A DNA stretch of 64,000 bases from Gordius albopunctatus (lineage: Eukaryota). This document shows, in pieces, positions 51,279 to 64,000 of this stretch. The notes beneath the pieces were generated by a model. That model had not been told where the DNA came from. It saw only the letters and a program-made list of their open reading frames with translations, and did not search any database. Within the stretch, counting starts at the first letter, position 1; each line of letters begins with the position of its first letter. Both the position numbers and the translations under genes were made by a program. Location of the stretch: NCBI GenBank assembly GCA_964276515.1, contig OZ193909.1, positions 5,828,001 through 5,892,000 on the forward strand, in the 5' to 3' direction.

Positions 51279-52692
51279 ACCGAAAAAATGGCGATTTGAC
51301 ATGTAATGCCCCTCACCTCACACCCCATAAGTATCCTCAAGGGTTAATATATTAAAAACGGCTTATTCCCAATATTATAATTCATTTAGGCATGCGAGAA
51401 CGTTTTAAATACAAAGTTTCTATAACTTAGCAGTTGACTTTTAATCAGGCGCGTAGCCAGGATTTTCACGAAGGGGGGGGGGCGGGGGAACTGGCAAAAC
51501 CAAAAAGTCGGGTTCACTGCTGGGCCCATTCGGCTAAGAGGGCAGGCAAGCTACCGTTCTAAATTGAGATTTTTAAGTAGGCCTAGGTGGGCACCATAAT
51601 GGGATTTTTTATATAGTTCACTATTTTTTGTCATCTTTCTATTTATAAAAATTCTAAAATTAGTTCAAAATGTTTGAAAATAAGACAAAATTAATACTTG
51701 AAATTTAAAATCATCTTTTTGGACCCGGCTGTTCGGACAGCATTAGTGAATTGGGCAATTAAAGGGTTTTGGCAGGCAATTTAGTTATCAAACCGTGATG
51801 GGTTCTAGCAGAAAATTTTAGACAAATATGATAAAAGTATTAATATTAAGAATGAGGAACATTATAATAATCGCTTATTTATCTACTTCCCAGGGCGGTC
51901 TGGTGTTTTCACGGGAAATAAATGTTCAAACAAGTTTTTTTCCATAGCAATCTTCACAATCATATTGGGAAATTATACAACGCATTTCGTCAAAAATTAT
52001 ATCAAAAAACTAGATGTACACATTATGTTTTTATAAGTGTCTTAAAGTAACCCATTTAGTTATTAATCAAAAACAGCCTTATTTACGCCACTACATTTAA
52101 TGTAATGCAAATAAACACTTGGTCTATTATATACAGAGTTGTTAAGGTGCGCGCACGTCAAGAGCGCGCACCGGATTTGCGGTGCGATGTGTTGGTGCGC
52201 GCACTTTTTTAGAGCGAAGAGCGAGTGCGGGTGCGCGCACCTGATTAAGTCGGTGCGGGTGCGCAATTGCGCTCCTGTTTCGCGTACATTAAGAGTTTTA
52301 CAAGTTATTAATTTATTTGAAATTGTATTATATCGCATATTTCACAAATTAAATTTCTACTGATTTACTATATATAACATACATCTATGTTCCCGGTGGA
52401 GAAGATAACAAGGCAGGAAATTGGTTACTATCGATAGACAATAAAAATAATCTAACCGCGATATTTCACATTATTCACGTATTTACTTTATCAATCAACG
52501 ATTAATCTTTACACTTTTGAACTCGTCGCTTAATAAATAAACTATAGAAAAACACTAAAACGATGAAGTTGAAGTTTAATAAGATTAGAAGCTTAAAAAC
52601 ACAGACAGGTAATTTGATTAAAGAATTACAATGGAATATTCAAATAATGATAATATATTTAATTCAGCGTTTTTTGGAATATTGTCATCTCC

Positions 52693-52751
52693 CGTTACTA
52701 ACACTACCTACGACGGTCCCAAGTCCGTGTGCAAAAAGTGGAAGGTTGGCG
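52693..52751 (+). ncRNA. Twister self-cleaving ribozyme motif (type P1) at the RTE 5' end
   Basis: CGTTAC-T^AA-CACT-ACC-TAC-G-ACGG-TCCCAAGT-CCGT-GTGCAAAA-AGTG-GAAGG-TTGGCG fits the twister layout (UAA, P2 CACU/AGUG, P4, UCCCAAGY loop, GAGGG). One change, GAGGG to GAAGG, weakens a pseudoknot. Confidence 0.8.
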
Positions 52752-55737
52752 TCAGGTCGGAAACCGGCTATAAAAATCAACTCCAAAATTTATTATAGTT
52801 TCAAACGAGATTTTACAAGAAAAGGCTAGGGCCTCCTCCACAAACGACGCGCACTGCATACCCCGCCCGTGCAATGTGAAAAATACACTAGGGTTACTGC
52901 CTAACTCACAGCGAAGGCGGTTAAGGAAACTAGTTGTGGAAAGATGCGAATTACGTGCTGGAATGTGGGAACGTTGACGGGGAAGAGCATCGAGGTCGCA
53001 CAGATGTTAAAAAGAAGAAAGGTACACATCGCCTGCCTACAAGAGACGAGGTGGAACGGAACGAAAGCTCGGGAATTAGGAGGGATACAAGCTTTTCTAC
53101 AGTGGGTCACCAAATCGTAGAAACGGGGTCGGTATCGTTCTAAGCGAATCGTTCAAGGACAAGGTGGTGGAAGTCAAACGTTGTTCCGACAGGCTAATGT
53201 GGGTGAAGATTGCGGATCAAGGGGGCCTCCTAACCGTTATGTGCGCGTATGCTCCCCAAATTGGGTGTTCGGAATCAGAGAAAGACATATTCTTCGAATC
53301 ATTGGAAAAGGAAATACAATGAATCCGACAGGAAGAAAGGCTAATTATTGGGGCCGATTTCAACGCTCCGGGTATGAACGCAATCATGGAGGCTATGGGC
53401 ATGGTCTGAAGAACAAAGAAGGGGAAAAACTTCTCCAAGTATCCCAAGCATATGACATGGCGATCGTTAACACCTATTTTCAAAAGCGCGAAGATCATAT
53501 TGTGACCTATAGAAGTGGGAAGCATTTTAGTCAAATCGACTATTTGCTTATAGGGCGAAAGGACTTATGGAGTATCAAAGATTACAAAGTAATACCGGGA
53601 GAAGAAATCACCAGGCAACATCGTCCCCTTGTTATGGATCTTGACAGAAGAGTATTTCCCGAAAGAAGAAAGGTATATGAACCTCGAATTCGATACGAAA
53701 GGCTAAAGGATACGTCGACGAACGAAGAATACCATCAAAAAGCCTCCTCACTCTTGGGTGCAAGGAAGTTGCAAAGGGACGTAGACGAAGATTGGGAAAC
53801 GCTATCTAAGGACATTAAGGAAACAGCGATTCGTGTTCTAGGACAGACCAAAGGAGGCAAAGCTATGAATAGGGAACTATGGTGGTGGGATCAATCGGTT
53901 AAAGATTTCATAGAAATAAAGAAAAATCTATATAGACGGTGGCATAAATCAAAAAATTCGGAGGATTATCAAGAGTACAGGGACGCAAAGAGGGCCGCAA
54001 AAAGGCCGTTGCAAAAGCGAAGAATGCCGCGTACACCGAGATGGCAAACAAACTGGATCATAAAGGGGGCGATAGGCTTATGTACAAATTGGTCAAGATA
54101 AGGGAGAAGAAAAGTCGAGATGTCGGAGTTCTTAAAATAGTCAAAAGCGAGAAGGGTCAAACCTTATTCAAGCCGAAGGAAGTGATGGAAAGGTGGAAAG
54201 GATATTTTAAGAAACTTATGAATATTGCAAATGACAAGGATTCCCTTCCCGAAATTGAGCCAAATATAAGTATGGTCAAACTCTTTCAGAGGGATGAAGT
54301 TAGGACACAAATGAACAAGATGCAAAAAGGAAAAGCAAATGGCCCAGATGGAATACCTATGGAAGCATTGCTCGGATGTCGTGAAGGAGTCACCACCATG
54401 ACGAACCTCCTTAACAAGATATTGGTAGAAGAGCGAATCCCTAATCAATGGAGAGCAAGGACGATTATACCCTTATTCAAAGGAAAAGGAGACCCTCAGG
54501 ACTGCGGCAATTACAGAGGTATCAAGCTAACTTGCCACTCCTTGAAGCTTTTGGAAAGGATCTTAGTAACAAGGCTGAAAAACGAGGTGGAAATATCGGC
54601 TAATCAATTCGGATTCGTGGCCGGCAAATCCACAATCGACCCAATCTTCGCCCTAAGACAAATGGTGGATAAGTATGGTGAAAAGAGGAAAGACCTACAT
54701 ATGGTTTTTATCGACTTGGAGAAAGCTTATGACAGGGTCCCCCGCGATTTAATATGGTGGTGCCTGAGGAAACAAAATATCCCTGACGCATATATACGGC
54801 TTATGAAAAATATCTATGAAGCCTCAAACTCTTGCGTTAGGACGACAGTTGGAGACTCTAAACCTTTTCGGGTTAATATTGGATTACATCAAGGCTCTGC
54901 TTTAAGTCCCTTTTTATTTAATATAATTATAGACACGATAACGAGGGACTTTCAAAAGCCATCGCCATGGTGTATGTATGCTATATGCCGATGATATAGT
55001 ACTATGCGAGGAAACAAGGGAGAAGGTATTCGAAGAAGCAGAAAAGTGGTCAAAGCGCTTAGCTGGATATGGTTTAAAGGTCAACGATCGAAAAACGGTA
55101 TACATGGAAATTAACGGTACAAGCACCCCATCGCTGGATGACCACCTAAAGTACCCAAAAGTAGACAGGTTCACATACCTCGGCTCTATGCTACATCAAG
55201 AGGGAGGTTGTGCAACTGAAATCAATGCCCGGATTCAAAAAGGATGGCTTAAATGGCGAAGTATATCCGGTGTAATGTGCGACAAGAAAATGCCAATATG
55301 GTTGAAGAGCAAAGCTTACAAATCCATCGTAAGACCGGTGTTACTCTATGGAAGTGAAACATGGGCATTAAACACCACGGAAGGAAAGTTATTACAAGCC
55401 ACGGAGATGAGAATGATACGGTGGAGCTTGGCGTATACTAAGCTCGACCATATGACGAATGACTTTCTCATGACAAAAATGGGTATTCAACCTATGGCGG
55501 ACATGATTAACGAAAATCGGCTAAGGTGGTATGGCCATATACTAAGAAGGGACACGGATGACGTAAATCGAAAAGTGCTAGACATGGAAATACCGGGGAA
55601 GAGAGGAAGAGGACGACCCCGTGTCACGTGGAAAAGGCAAGTCGATAAAGTTATGGAAACTAAAGAGATTCGTCAAGACATGGCACTAACCCGGTCAAGA
55701 TGGAATGTGGGACCAAATAACTGATAAAGAAGAAGAA
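52700..55737 (+). mobile_element. Full-length RTE-clade LINE with frameshifted APE-RT ORF
   Basis: TSD GTCATCTCCCGTTACT(A) at 52684-52700 and 55738-55754; (GAA)n tail. Coding region MRITCWNVGTLTG..QETRW.. through LYADD to RLRWYGHILRR, broken into ORFs 53181-54101, 54041-54994, 54978-55724. Clearly related to the 29710 copy. Confidence 0.95.
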
Positions 55738-57332
55738 GTCATCTCCCGTTACTATCTTAATATTTCAAACACTTTTAGACCTATCTTTACTATCGTAAGT
55801 TTAATCACATATAAATGATCAAATTACAATTAATTTTCATTAAAATATATTAAATTAGTTAATTAATTTTAATTATTATTTTGTATTATTGTATTGGTTG
55901 TCATAGTATTCCTTATCCAATTTTTTACTCTTTTCTTTTCTCATTGCTTATATATAACACTTTAATATGATAGTGAGTTATGGAAATAGAAGAATCAAGC
56001 ATAAATGTAGCAAGCACATCATGCATGAAAATTTTTTTGATTTCCAAAATATGCTAATATGTTTAAACTTAAAGATAATCAGCATAATAGACTTAATTTT
56101 GAGGTGCAATGTCTTTTATGCAATGTCAAACTCAAGAGTTCTTCTAGATCTTGTTTCAATTTTACTAGGCATCTAAAGGTACCTAATCTTGTTACTTATT
56201 TTTTATTTAATAATTAAGTAAATAAAAATTTATAGAGATTTTGTTATAGTGCAATCAAATTTTATGTGCGAGTGCGCGCACCTTAAATACTGGTGCAAGT
56301 GCGAGTGCGCGCACCGGTTTTTGAAGTGCGTTTAACAACTCTGATTATATATCATGGCCGTCTAAAAAAATTTAAATTCTCAGGAAACTTGTTAATATTT
56401 AATTTAAATAATGGAATAAATAAATTGCCCACCGTCTATCGTAAATCCTTGTCATACTTATTAAATAAGAGATGAATAAAAGGCATCATGCCTTGATTTT
56501 TCTTTATTTGTAATATAGAATAGGAATCTAAAACTATGAATATGAAAAGGCGGAGTTATAACAAAATGGGTAGAACCTATTACATATATATATCGTTAAA
56601 TCGAATTCGTGAGATAAAAGTTATCTTCTGATTGTAAATGATATCATCTTTCATATCTCTGTTCTGAGTAAATTAAAAGTATATGCTATGTGGTAACCCA
56701 TATAAATTACGAGAAACATCACATTTTTGTGTGTGGGAAATATATTTTTGCTTTTTTCTATGTGTATATATAATAATATAATAACAATTCTATGGTATGG
56801 GAGAGAGGATATATTACTTTTTCGATAATGTCTACGCAATATATTATTAAATATATAAACAAATATACATATATATATATATATCAAAATGCCATTTGAA
56901 GAGAAAGAATCTAATGTACATCCCACACAAACAGGATTAGAGAAAAGGGGACTAATTGTCTAAGCAGACCTTCTTCGGGCGAATGCATAACATATATAAT
57001 GGAGGATAAAAGTGAAGTGTCACAAAATTTTGAGCGAAAACGTTTACATAATGTAGTATGATGGGGTAGATTGTTCGCTGACAATGTACACCAGTTAAAA
57101 TTGGAATACAAATTGACTAGGTTCGGTGTTATATCAAAAAAAAATTGTGTAAAGAACTTCAGAAATATTAAAATACGTTTTTTAAAGACCACCAATATAC
57201 GCGCGCGCACACACACGCTTAACGATTAATTAAAACGTATTTTCTAAAGGTATCAATATACTACTAACTATTAAAAAATTGACGACTTAATGTTTTTCTA
57301 CTAATGACAAATTTTGAAGATGGATCTTGAGT

Positions 57333-60300
57333 TCATTCCTCGGCAGAGGTAGTGTCATCGCAGCCACGGAAAAATTTTTTTTTCTTGAGAGAGTAATGCT
57401 TGGACACTATGATGGGCGCTTTTTTGAATAACCTTTTCGGTAACAGGTGGCGTAATTTGGTCAAAAATCTGAATAGTGCAAAACAACTAAATATTAAAGC
57501 CAAATGTAAAAAATGACAGTGACATTATTAGTTGTATAGTATTAGTATATAAGCGGAAAACAAAAATTCCAAGAAAATTAAAAATATATCGAAAAATGTG
57601 ATGGAAGAGGTGTCACTAATGGTTAAACTTTTGTAAAACTGCAATTTTACAATAAACAACTTCTAAATCAGCTTTGTTATTAAAACTTAGGAAATAAAAC
57701 TTGGCCCGTCGCTTCTAAAATATCTTCGTGCAAATAGTCTTTTTAACTAATATCAAAAGTCAAGATCAAATACATCAATAGAAATAAGTGATTATAAAGA
57801 AGTTTTTTATGGAAATATTTAAAAGGTTTGTTTTTTCTAGTACAAATATACATATAAAAGGATAAATCTACATCATGGGAAGAGTCCGTTTTAAGGCCAC
57901 TAGTAGACCTTAAGCATCAATATTAAAAATTGTAAAAAAATCCCTCAGTTATAACGATAGACAGACTAGGAATGTAGTAATATACGATAGACTGGCGAAC
58001 AACTGATGATTATTGCCGGGCCGGGCACCCTAATAAGATTCGGGCAATTCGGGCTCAATTTTGTTTTTAAAATAATGTTTTATATTGTTTTTGTCTATAT
58101 TTTGTCACTTTTTAATTTGATTTCATAATGTTTGTTAGTCGTAGCTCTCATTCAAAGAAAAAATTATAAATTAAGATAAAATTTTTAAAAAATATAAGGA
58201 TATTATTGCTAAAAATTTTAAAACACATCATTTCGGGCCGGGCAGCTCTGATAATTCGGGCATTGTCGGGCGGACACATAGAAGAGTTCGGACGGACAGA
58301 TTAAGGCAGAAAAATTCTAACAAATCTGACCTCTGATTTGAATTAGAGGGGGGCAATAATGATCATTTTTTAAAATTTTAGCCATAATTTTAACAAATTT
58401 TTAGATTTAAAGAGGGTCAGTCGGCACTCCCTGCCCCCCCCCCTTGGCTACGTCCAGGTAAGGGTGTAGGCCGCCATGTTATGGCATATATTAACAAATC
58501 AAACTCTCTTCATATGTTGATTAATAGATGTTAAACTAACGTATGGAAAGATAATCTTTTAATGCTCTCATCATTATTCTGCCTTTCATAAATTTTGCAA
58601 TTTATTACTATAGGGGGCCCTTATTAAAAAAATCTACACAAAATGGCGGCCTAGGTTGCTCATTAAATCTGCAAGCAAAAATCAGCCGTTCGCCAGTCTA
58701 TTATGGTTTTAGTGACCACCTAGACCTTAAACATCAAAATTAAAAGTCCTAAAGCTCCTATAACATTTTTTTCACAGTTATAAAACTTTCTTTATTTTTC
58801 GTTTGGCATTTATTTCGCCCGCTACTACCTCTGGTCGTCCTCGCGGAGCGTAACTTCGATTTCTAATGTGGTCACGGTGTCGGGATCACATATCACGTGA
58901 CCTAACGTGAAGGTACGATGACCTTTGACGCCAGCCTCACCGCCCCCACGCGGTGTCGCCGCGGCGGTCAGCTGGATACGAACGTGAACGACGCACCCTC
59001 GCGTCCCGTATGGTTCGTACCGAGCGGCTTCCGAAACATCCCGAGCCAGAGACTCGGCAATCTCCGGAGGAATCATTACGTTATTGTGAACGCTGGCGTC
59101 CGCTTCTTGCGACGACGACGTCATCGTGGTGGGAAATGATTGACGTCTGAAGGCGATCACTCCTCCCCCACTCCCCGTAATGGGGGAAGGCCCGCCCGTA
59201 GGGGTGTGGGGGTGAGGATGATTGTGGACTTGAGGGTTATGGGGATTTTTGTAACGCTTGAGCGACCCGTCCAAACTGTTTACCGAAATGCCATCTGCAC
59301 CATAATTAAGAAATAAATTAGAAAAAATTATTTTCACTTTGAGAATATTTTTAATCCATTTTTATTACCAAAACATAAAAATAGATATTTATTGTAGATG
59401 TAGAGTAAAAATATATAAAAAAAGTAAGTGTTTGACTGTATTATAAACCATGGGCATTGCCAGGGGGGCAGGGAGGGAAAATTGAAATTTATTAAAAATA
59501 TGGCTAAAATTCAAAAAAGTTCAATTTTGCCCCTCTTTAAATCATCCAGGTTTTGGATTAGGGGGGGGGCAAAATTTTTATTTTTTCCACCATTTACCTG
59601 GCTACACCCACGCTCATGTTATAAACAAAAGTTGCAGAGATAAAATATGTGCAGGCAAATTTACCCACTAAACAAATATTTTAACCTACATACTTTTAAC
59701 AACTTAAATTTAATATGAAGAAGATAATCTCCCCAATTATAACCATTTCCAAATGTAACACAAGAAGGGTTTGTAATAACAATAACGAACGAAACCAAGG
59801 GAAAATACTAATTTTGCAATGTATTGAAAAATAATAATAAAAACTCGGGCCTTCGGCCCTCGTGGGAAGGGGGCAATGGGAGTAGGGGAAGGGGGGGGGG
59901 GGAATGGGGAACTCTTCTGTATAAACGTAGCCCATTTGCTATGCAATTTATGGGCGAGAAAGGTGGGAAGGGGCAGAAATGGCTATAGAGGGGTATTAAA
60001 TGCAAAATGATTAGTTAATTATTTACGCAAATTTTCCATTTAATTAAAAAAAATTGCCCTCGCCGGGATTCTAACCCACATTAAATAGGGGCATAAGCCT
60101 TTGTAGCACAGGGACCCATAGAGGCATAGGCCCTTGTAGGGGAGGGCATAGGGTAATTATCAATGTTAACCTATTCAAAAACGAAAAATTTGGATTTATT
60201 TGGCCAATGGTCATTTTTTTCATTGGTCAGTACCAACAGATACTCTATAAGTCAATGATAGCCAAAAAAACGGGGAAAAATTTTTTGATGCTCACTTTGG

Positions 60301-60697
60301 CCAATGGTCATTTTTTCATTGGTCAGTAGCCTGCGGACGGTCAAAAAGTAACATTATCAATGGCATTAACAGGAACAATCATAAGAGTCAAAAAAAAACC
60401 GGAAAAAAAAAATTTCGATTCACAATTTGGCCAATGGGAATTTTTCCCGTCGGTCAGCAGCCAGCGGACGGCCAAAAAGTCACTGTATTATCATTGGTAT
60501 TAACAAGAACAAAATATTAATTTAATTTAAAAAAAATAAAAAATTTTGTCCTCTCCGGGTCTCGATCCACAACCTTGCAAGTCGGGAAGCTGGTGTAAAT
60601 AACTTGGTGGACGACGGACGGACAACAAAAAACGAGCCCATAAATTGCATAGCAATTAAATATTAAATTCAATTTAAAAACCTAAACTTATGTACAT
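57333..60697 (-). CDS. DDIT4: DDIT4/REDD1 (RTP801; scylla/charybde) family mTORC1 inhibitor
   Basis: Exon 59294-58829: VMIPPEIAESLARDVSEAARYEPYGTRGCVVHVRI..LGHVICDPDTVTTLEIEVTLRED. Exon 57468-57333: ..IIVSKHYSLKKKKFFRG..*, matching the basic C-terminus of RTP801_C. First coding micro-exon 60697-60688 (MYI-N) is tentative: phase-compatible and downstream of a TATAAA. Confidence 0.82.
57988..58700. mobile_element. Composite of nested DNA-transposon remnants in the DDIT4 intron
   Basis: Outer inverted repeat TAGACTGGCGAAC / GTTCGCCAGTCTA with no clear TSD; inside, a CGGGC-rich hAT fragment ending TCTGACCTCTG (58335) and a CATGGGCGTA-family MITE piece (~58340-58457). Confidence 0.55.
59449..59618. 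mobile_element. hAT-type MITE (CATGGGCGTA family)
   Basis: CATG termini; 8-bp TSD TTATAAAC (59441-59448, 59619-59626). Confidence 0.8.
59844..60657 (-). mobile_element. Complete short Helentron/DINE-1-like copy
   Basis: Same subTIR pair (59936-59953 and 60638-60655), GTCC repeats, and terminal GGGCC-GAA-GGCCC hairpin (59847-59859) as 7556-10252; only about 3 central repeat units. Confidence 0.75.
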
Positions 60698-60763
60698 GAC
60701 AATTTTATTACAATAGTCCGGGGTAGGGGAAGTAGGAGTTGATATAGCTCTCGTTCCGCTTGC

Positions 60764-60930
60764 TTTATATTACTCTCTCTCTCTGCGTGAATTTGTTTGT
60801 GCCTACGTGACTTAATTTCTTCCTGCTGCTGCTTTTCGCCGACAAAACGTACATTAAATCTCTCCTGCCTGCCCTGCCGCCACTCTCTGTTTCGCATTTA
60901 CTCACACCCCACCCACCCCCCACCCCTTCA
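60764..60930 (-). promoter_or_regulatory. Candidate DDIT4 promoter: TATA box, two RCGTG cores, CACCC boxes
   Basis: TATAAA on the minus strand at 60769-60764; GCGTG 60785-60789; TACGTG 60804-60809; TGTTTGT 60794-60800; CACCC repeats ~60905-60926. Confidence 0.45.
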
Positions 60931-61099
60931 CACTGCTTTTATCGATTTAAAGATCCTCCCCCCCCTTTTCAGAAACTTCTAGCTTATCTACCCTCACCCT
61001 GTCCTTCTCTCGACTTATTCCGTTGGCAAAACTAGATTATAATTTGGTGGCAAAGTGAGTGCTAGGGCAGGGAAGGGATAGCCTTTTTGGGCTAATGGA

Positions 61100-61392
61100 T
61101 AGAGCCATGCACTGGTCGGCCAAAACCTGGCGGACCGGGCCGGGCTCAGGCCAAAAATAAAATTTAGTCGGGCTCCGGTCGGGCCTGATGGGTCACCCCG
61201 GTCCAAAGCAAAATCTGTTGAGTAGGATATTTAAAGGAGACCAAACGTTTCTATGTCGAATGAAAGGTGGGGTTGGTATTCTGACTAAATTTTTTAACAA
61301 ATTTATATTTCAAAATAGTGAGGCCGGGCTCAGGTCCGACCTGAGTAAAAAAATTTCGGGTCAGGCTCGAGCCGAAACTATGCAGGTCTCTA
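61100..61392. mobile_element. Degenerate CGGGC-rich hAT-like MITE
   Basis: Imperfect termini TAGAGCCATGCA / TGCAGGTCTCTA; subterminal cgggc repeats; TSD degenerate. Confidence 0.45.
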
Positions 61393-64000
61393 GTAATTGG
61401 ATAAGGGAGCATACATAAAAATATAAGCTTCGACATCTTTGATGCGCCACCACCTGCCCCCAACTTTTTTACACTTTACCATAGGCCGCCAAGACAATTA
61501 TGCTACACAAAATAGGGTTTAATCTCATTTTGGGGCGAGGAATTAAAGGCAAAGATAAATTGCATATAGCAATAAACAATTTTTTCGATTTTCAAGATCA
61601 AATCACTTTCGCTTTCAAGCCATAACCTATTGAGCTGAGCTATTATGGCTAAAATTTCAAAAAATGTTCATTTTGGCCCTCCCTAAATCATTATTGCCCC
61701 CCCTCTAATTCCAATGCTGGCTACTCCATGGTCCTGGATGACTTGAACGAAAAGAGGTTGACCAGAGATAAGAGGCTTTTGAGGAAAGAGCGTACAAAAG
61801 ACTAGCTAGGTCAGATTATTATTAATGTAAAATCGATTTTTTCCACACAACCGCAACAAGAGAAATAGGCAATTAAGCGTTCCATTTAAGAAACAATTTA
61901 GTTAATTTTGGTCTTATTTCCCGGTAAAACATAATAATTGGTAAGCATTGAATATAATAAACGTGCGGTAGAAGAAGGAATAATTTTGATAGAGAATTAT
62001 ATATAATTATTAAAATTTTGCTAATAAATAATGTTTGCAGGCAAAAATAAGTTAAGATTTCCTTTGCAATCGTCCAAAGCGTGAAGTTATATATGAAGAT
62101 TTTAGTATTAAATTACAAACTACTACAAGATGGAGCTCATAATAAACGAATTTTTATTTTGGCATATATTATAAAAAAGACAAAGTCTCATGGAATTAAT
62201 CCGTGGGCGGAATATGTAAGCCACAGCGTAAATGAGTTTTTTATATGGCAGACCTAAGGAAATTTCCAAAATTCTTGAAAATTGCCCATAAATTGTATAG
62301 CAATTAATGATAGTAATGACGATTGGAGGAAAAGTCAAGTTTAATAGATATGATGGGAATAGAAACATTAATTTTTAAACATTAGACCTATTTTAAAGAC
62401 CGCTTTTATCTTGGTTAACAGCAAAAACTCTACGCACCTATTATGCCTAAATCTAAACCAAATTAAGTCTTAGAATTTAATTTAAAATCTTAAGTATTAA
62501 TGTGCATGATTTAGTTAGTCAGTACTTAATCTCATTCAACGTACAATGGTATATTACGATGGAAAGTGGGAAATATGTGCGAACTATAATGAAAAGTGTG
62601 CAATCATTTAGTTCATAACTTCAAAAAAAACTCGGGGGGTTTGATTGCGTTTGATTACCCAAACTTTTATTGCCCCGAGTCAATCGGTATAAGCCTACAC
62701 AATGTTTCCTTATTAAAAATTGATTAAGATTAATTATAGTGCTCGGGGACAGGTTCAATTTAAAGGTAAAAATCTTTTTTTGCAACAACAAAATTAAAAA
62801 ATAGTGTAAATAACATCTTAGATTGTAATGTAACAAACCCATGCAAAAATTGCTAACCAAGCATTTCAAACAGATATATATATATATATGAAAATTTACT
62901 ATGATAGTTAACGAGCTTCAACAGATAAAATAACGACTCAGCAAATGTTGGCAATTGTTTTTAATAAAATCGTTACTTTAAAAACCCTGAGCAAAGGCAT
63001 GGGCGTACCCAGAATTGGAATTAGAGGGGGGGCAATAATAATTTAGGGAGGGGCAAAATGATCATTTTTTGAAAATTTTAGCCATTATCTTAATAAATTT
63101 CAACAAGCGCAAAGGTCTTGTTGAGAGTATATTTGAAACAACGTATATATATTTAGCAAAAATTTATATTTTATGTTTAAAATACTTTTATCAATATTAA
63201 TGGTTCTTAGTCTACAAAATATAGCAAAGGGCTGGGAGTGCATTAAGAACAAAGCATAGAGTGAGGGGCGAAGTACGAAAATGACAAATGATAGCGAAAG
63301 GTAAAAAGAGCGAAAACCTTTTTAGCACTGGGAATGGAAAGTTTTATTTGAGAAACGGTGATGATATAAATGTGCATTGCAAATTTTACCGTAAAATAGT
63401 GGCAATCGCCCCCCCCCCCGCATGGCAGTCGTCGTAAGTCGATTGAACAAATGTTTCGTAGCCACCAAAAACGTGTCAGAACTCAATGGAGGGACATTAA
63501 AACAATTTTTAGAGGTTGAAATCTAATGAATCGTATCTCACTTAAAAACAATTTAGAAAGGTGCTCTGAAAGAAATCAAACAACATCTTCATTTCGCCGC
63601 TCTAGTGTTGTAAAAACGGATGGGTCTCTCCTTTGGTCCAACTTTAAGTTTTGTCGACTAAACTTCAACAAACCATAGATTTTTTGGCACTTCTTTCTTA
63701 GTCGCATAAATACACCAAACGCCGCTCTAATTAGGGTCCGAACAAATGAGGGATGCAAAAATATCTAGAACAGAAAAGCGAAGTGGCCCAATCCAAAAAA
63801 TTTTCTATATTCAAAAAAATTTGGTTAAAAATCGAAAATCTCGCACATCGTAACCCGGCAAGTAATAAGCAAACATTTAGTATCCCCCCCCCCATACAAA
63901 CGCCCATTTTATACGTCTATCAAAATGTCCTTCGTTTAGTTTAAGTGTGCTGGGTGGTAAAACAAGTTTTCACCATTTAATGTGGAATGTGGCCTGAAGA

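Larger units (their letters stand above)
52134..56343. mobile_element. Non-autonomous hAT element hosting a full-length RTE
   Basis: TIR CAGAGTTGTTAA / TTAACAACTCTG; 8-bp TSD ATTATATA (52126-52133, 56344-56351); subterminal GTGCGCGCAC palindromes at both ends. Confidence 0.85.

Overview
AT-rich, intron-containing animal (invertebrate-type) genomic DNA with two 200-N scaffold gaps (5911-6110, 32428-32627). Five host genes can be read exon by exon: a delta/p120-catenin ending in the PDZ-binding motif DSWV (+), a TBC1D8/9-type GRAM-GRAM-RabGAP-EF gene (-), an intronless-CDS RER1 (+), WDR4/Trm82 (+) and a DDIT4/REDD1 (scylla/charybde) homologue (-). Bases 1-5910 repeat 10193-16102 with no difference I could find and end at a gap, most likely an assembly overlap. 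Introns and intergenic DNA hold three RTE-clade LINEs, several hAT-type non-autonomous elements/MITEs with 8-bp TSDs, a Helentron/DINE-1-like family with an internal ~105-bp tandem array and tRNA T-arm motifs, and a decayed CRE-type endonuclease fossil. The best find is a twister-ribozyme motif at the exact 5' end of the full-length RTE (52693-52751): its U^A cleavage site coincides with the insertion junction and its P1 5' strand comes from the host target site. A second RTE has a different, apparently structured 5' UTR. All of this is by-eye reading; no searches or folding were run.
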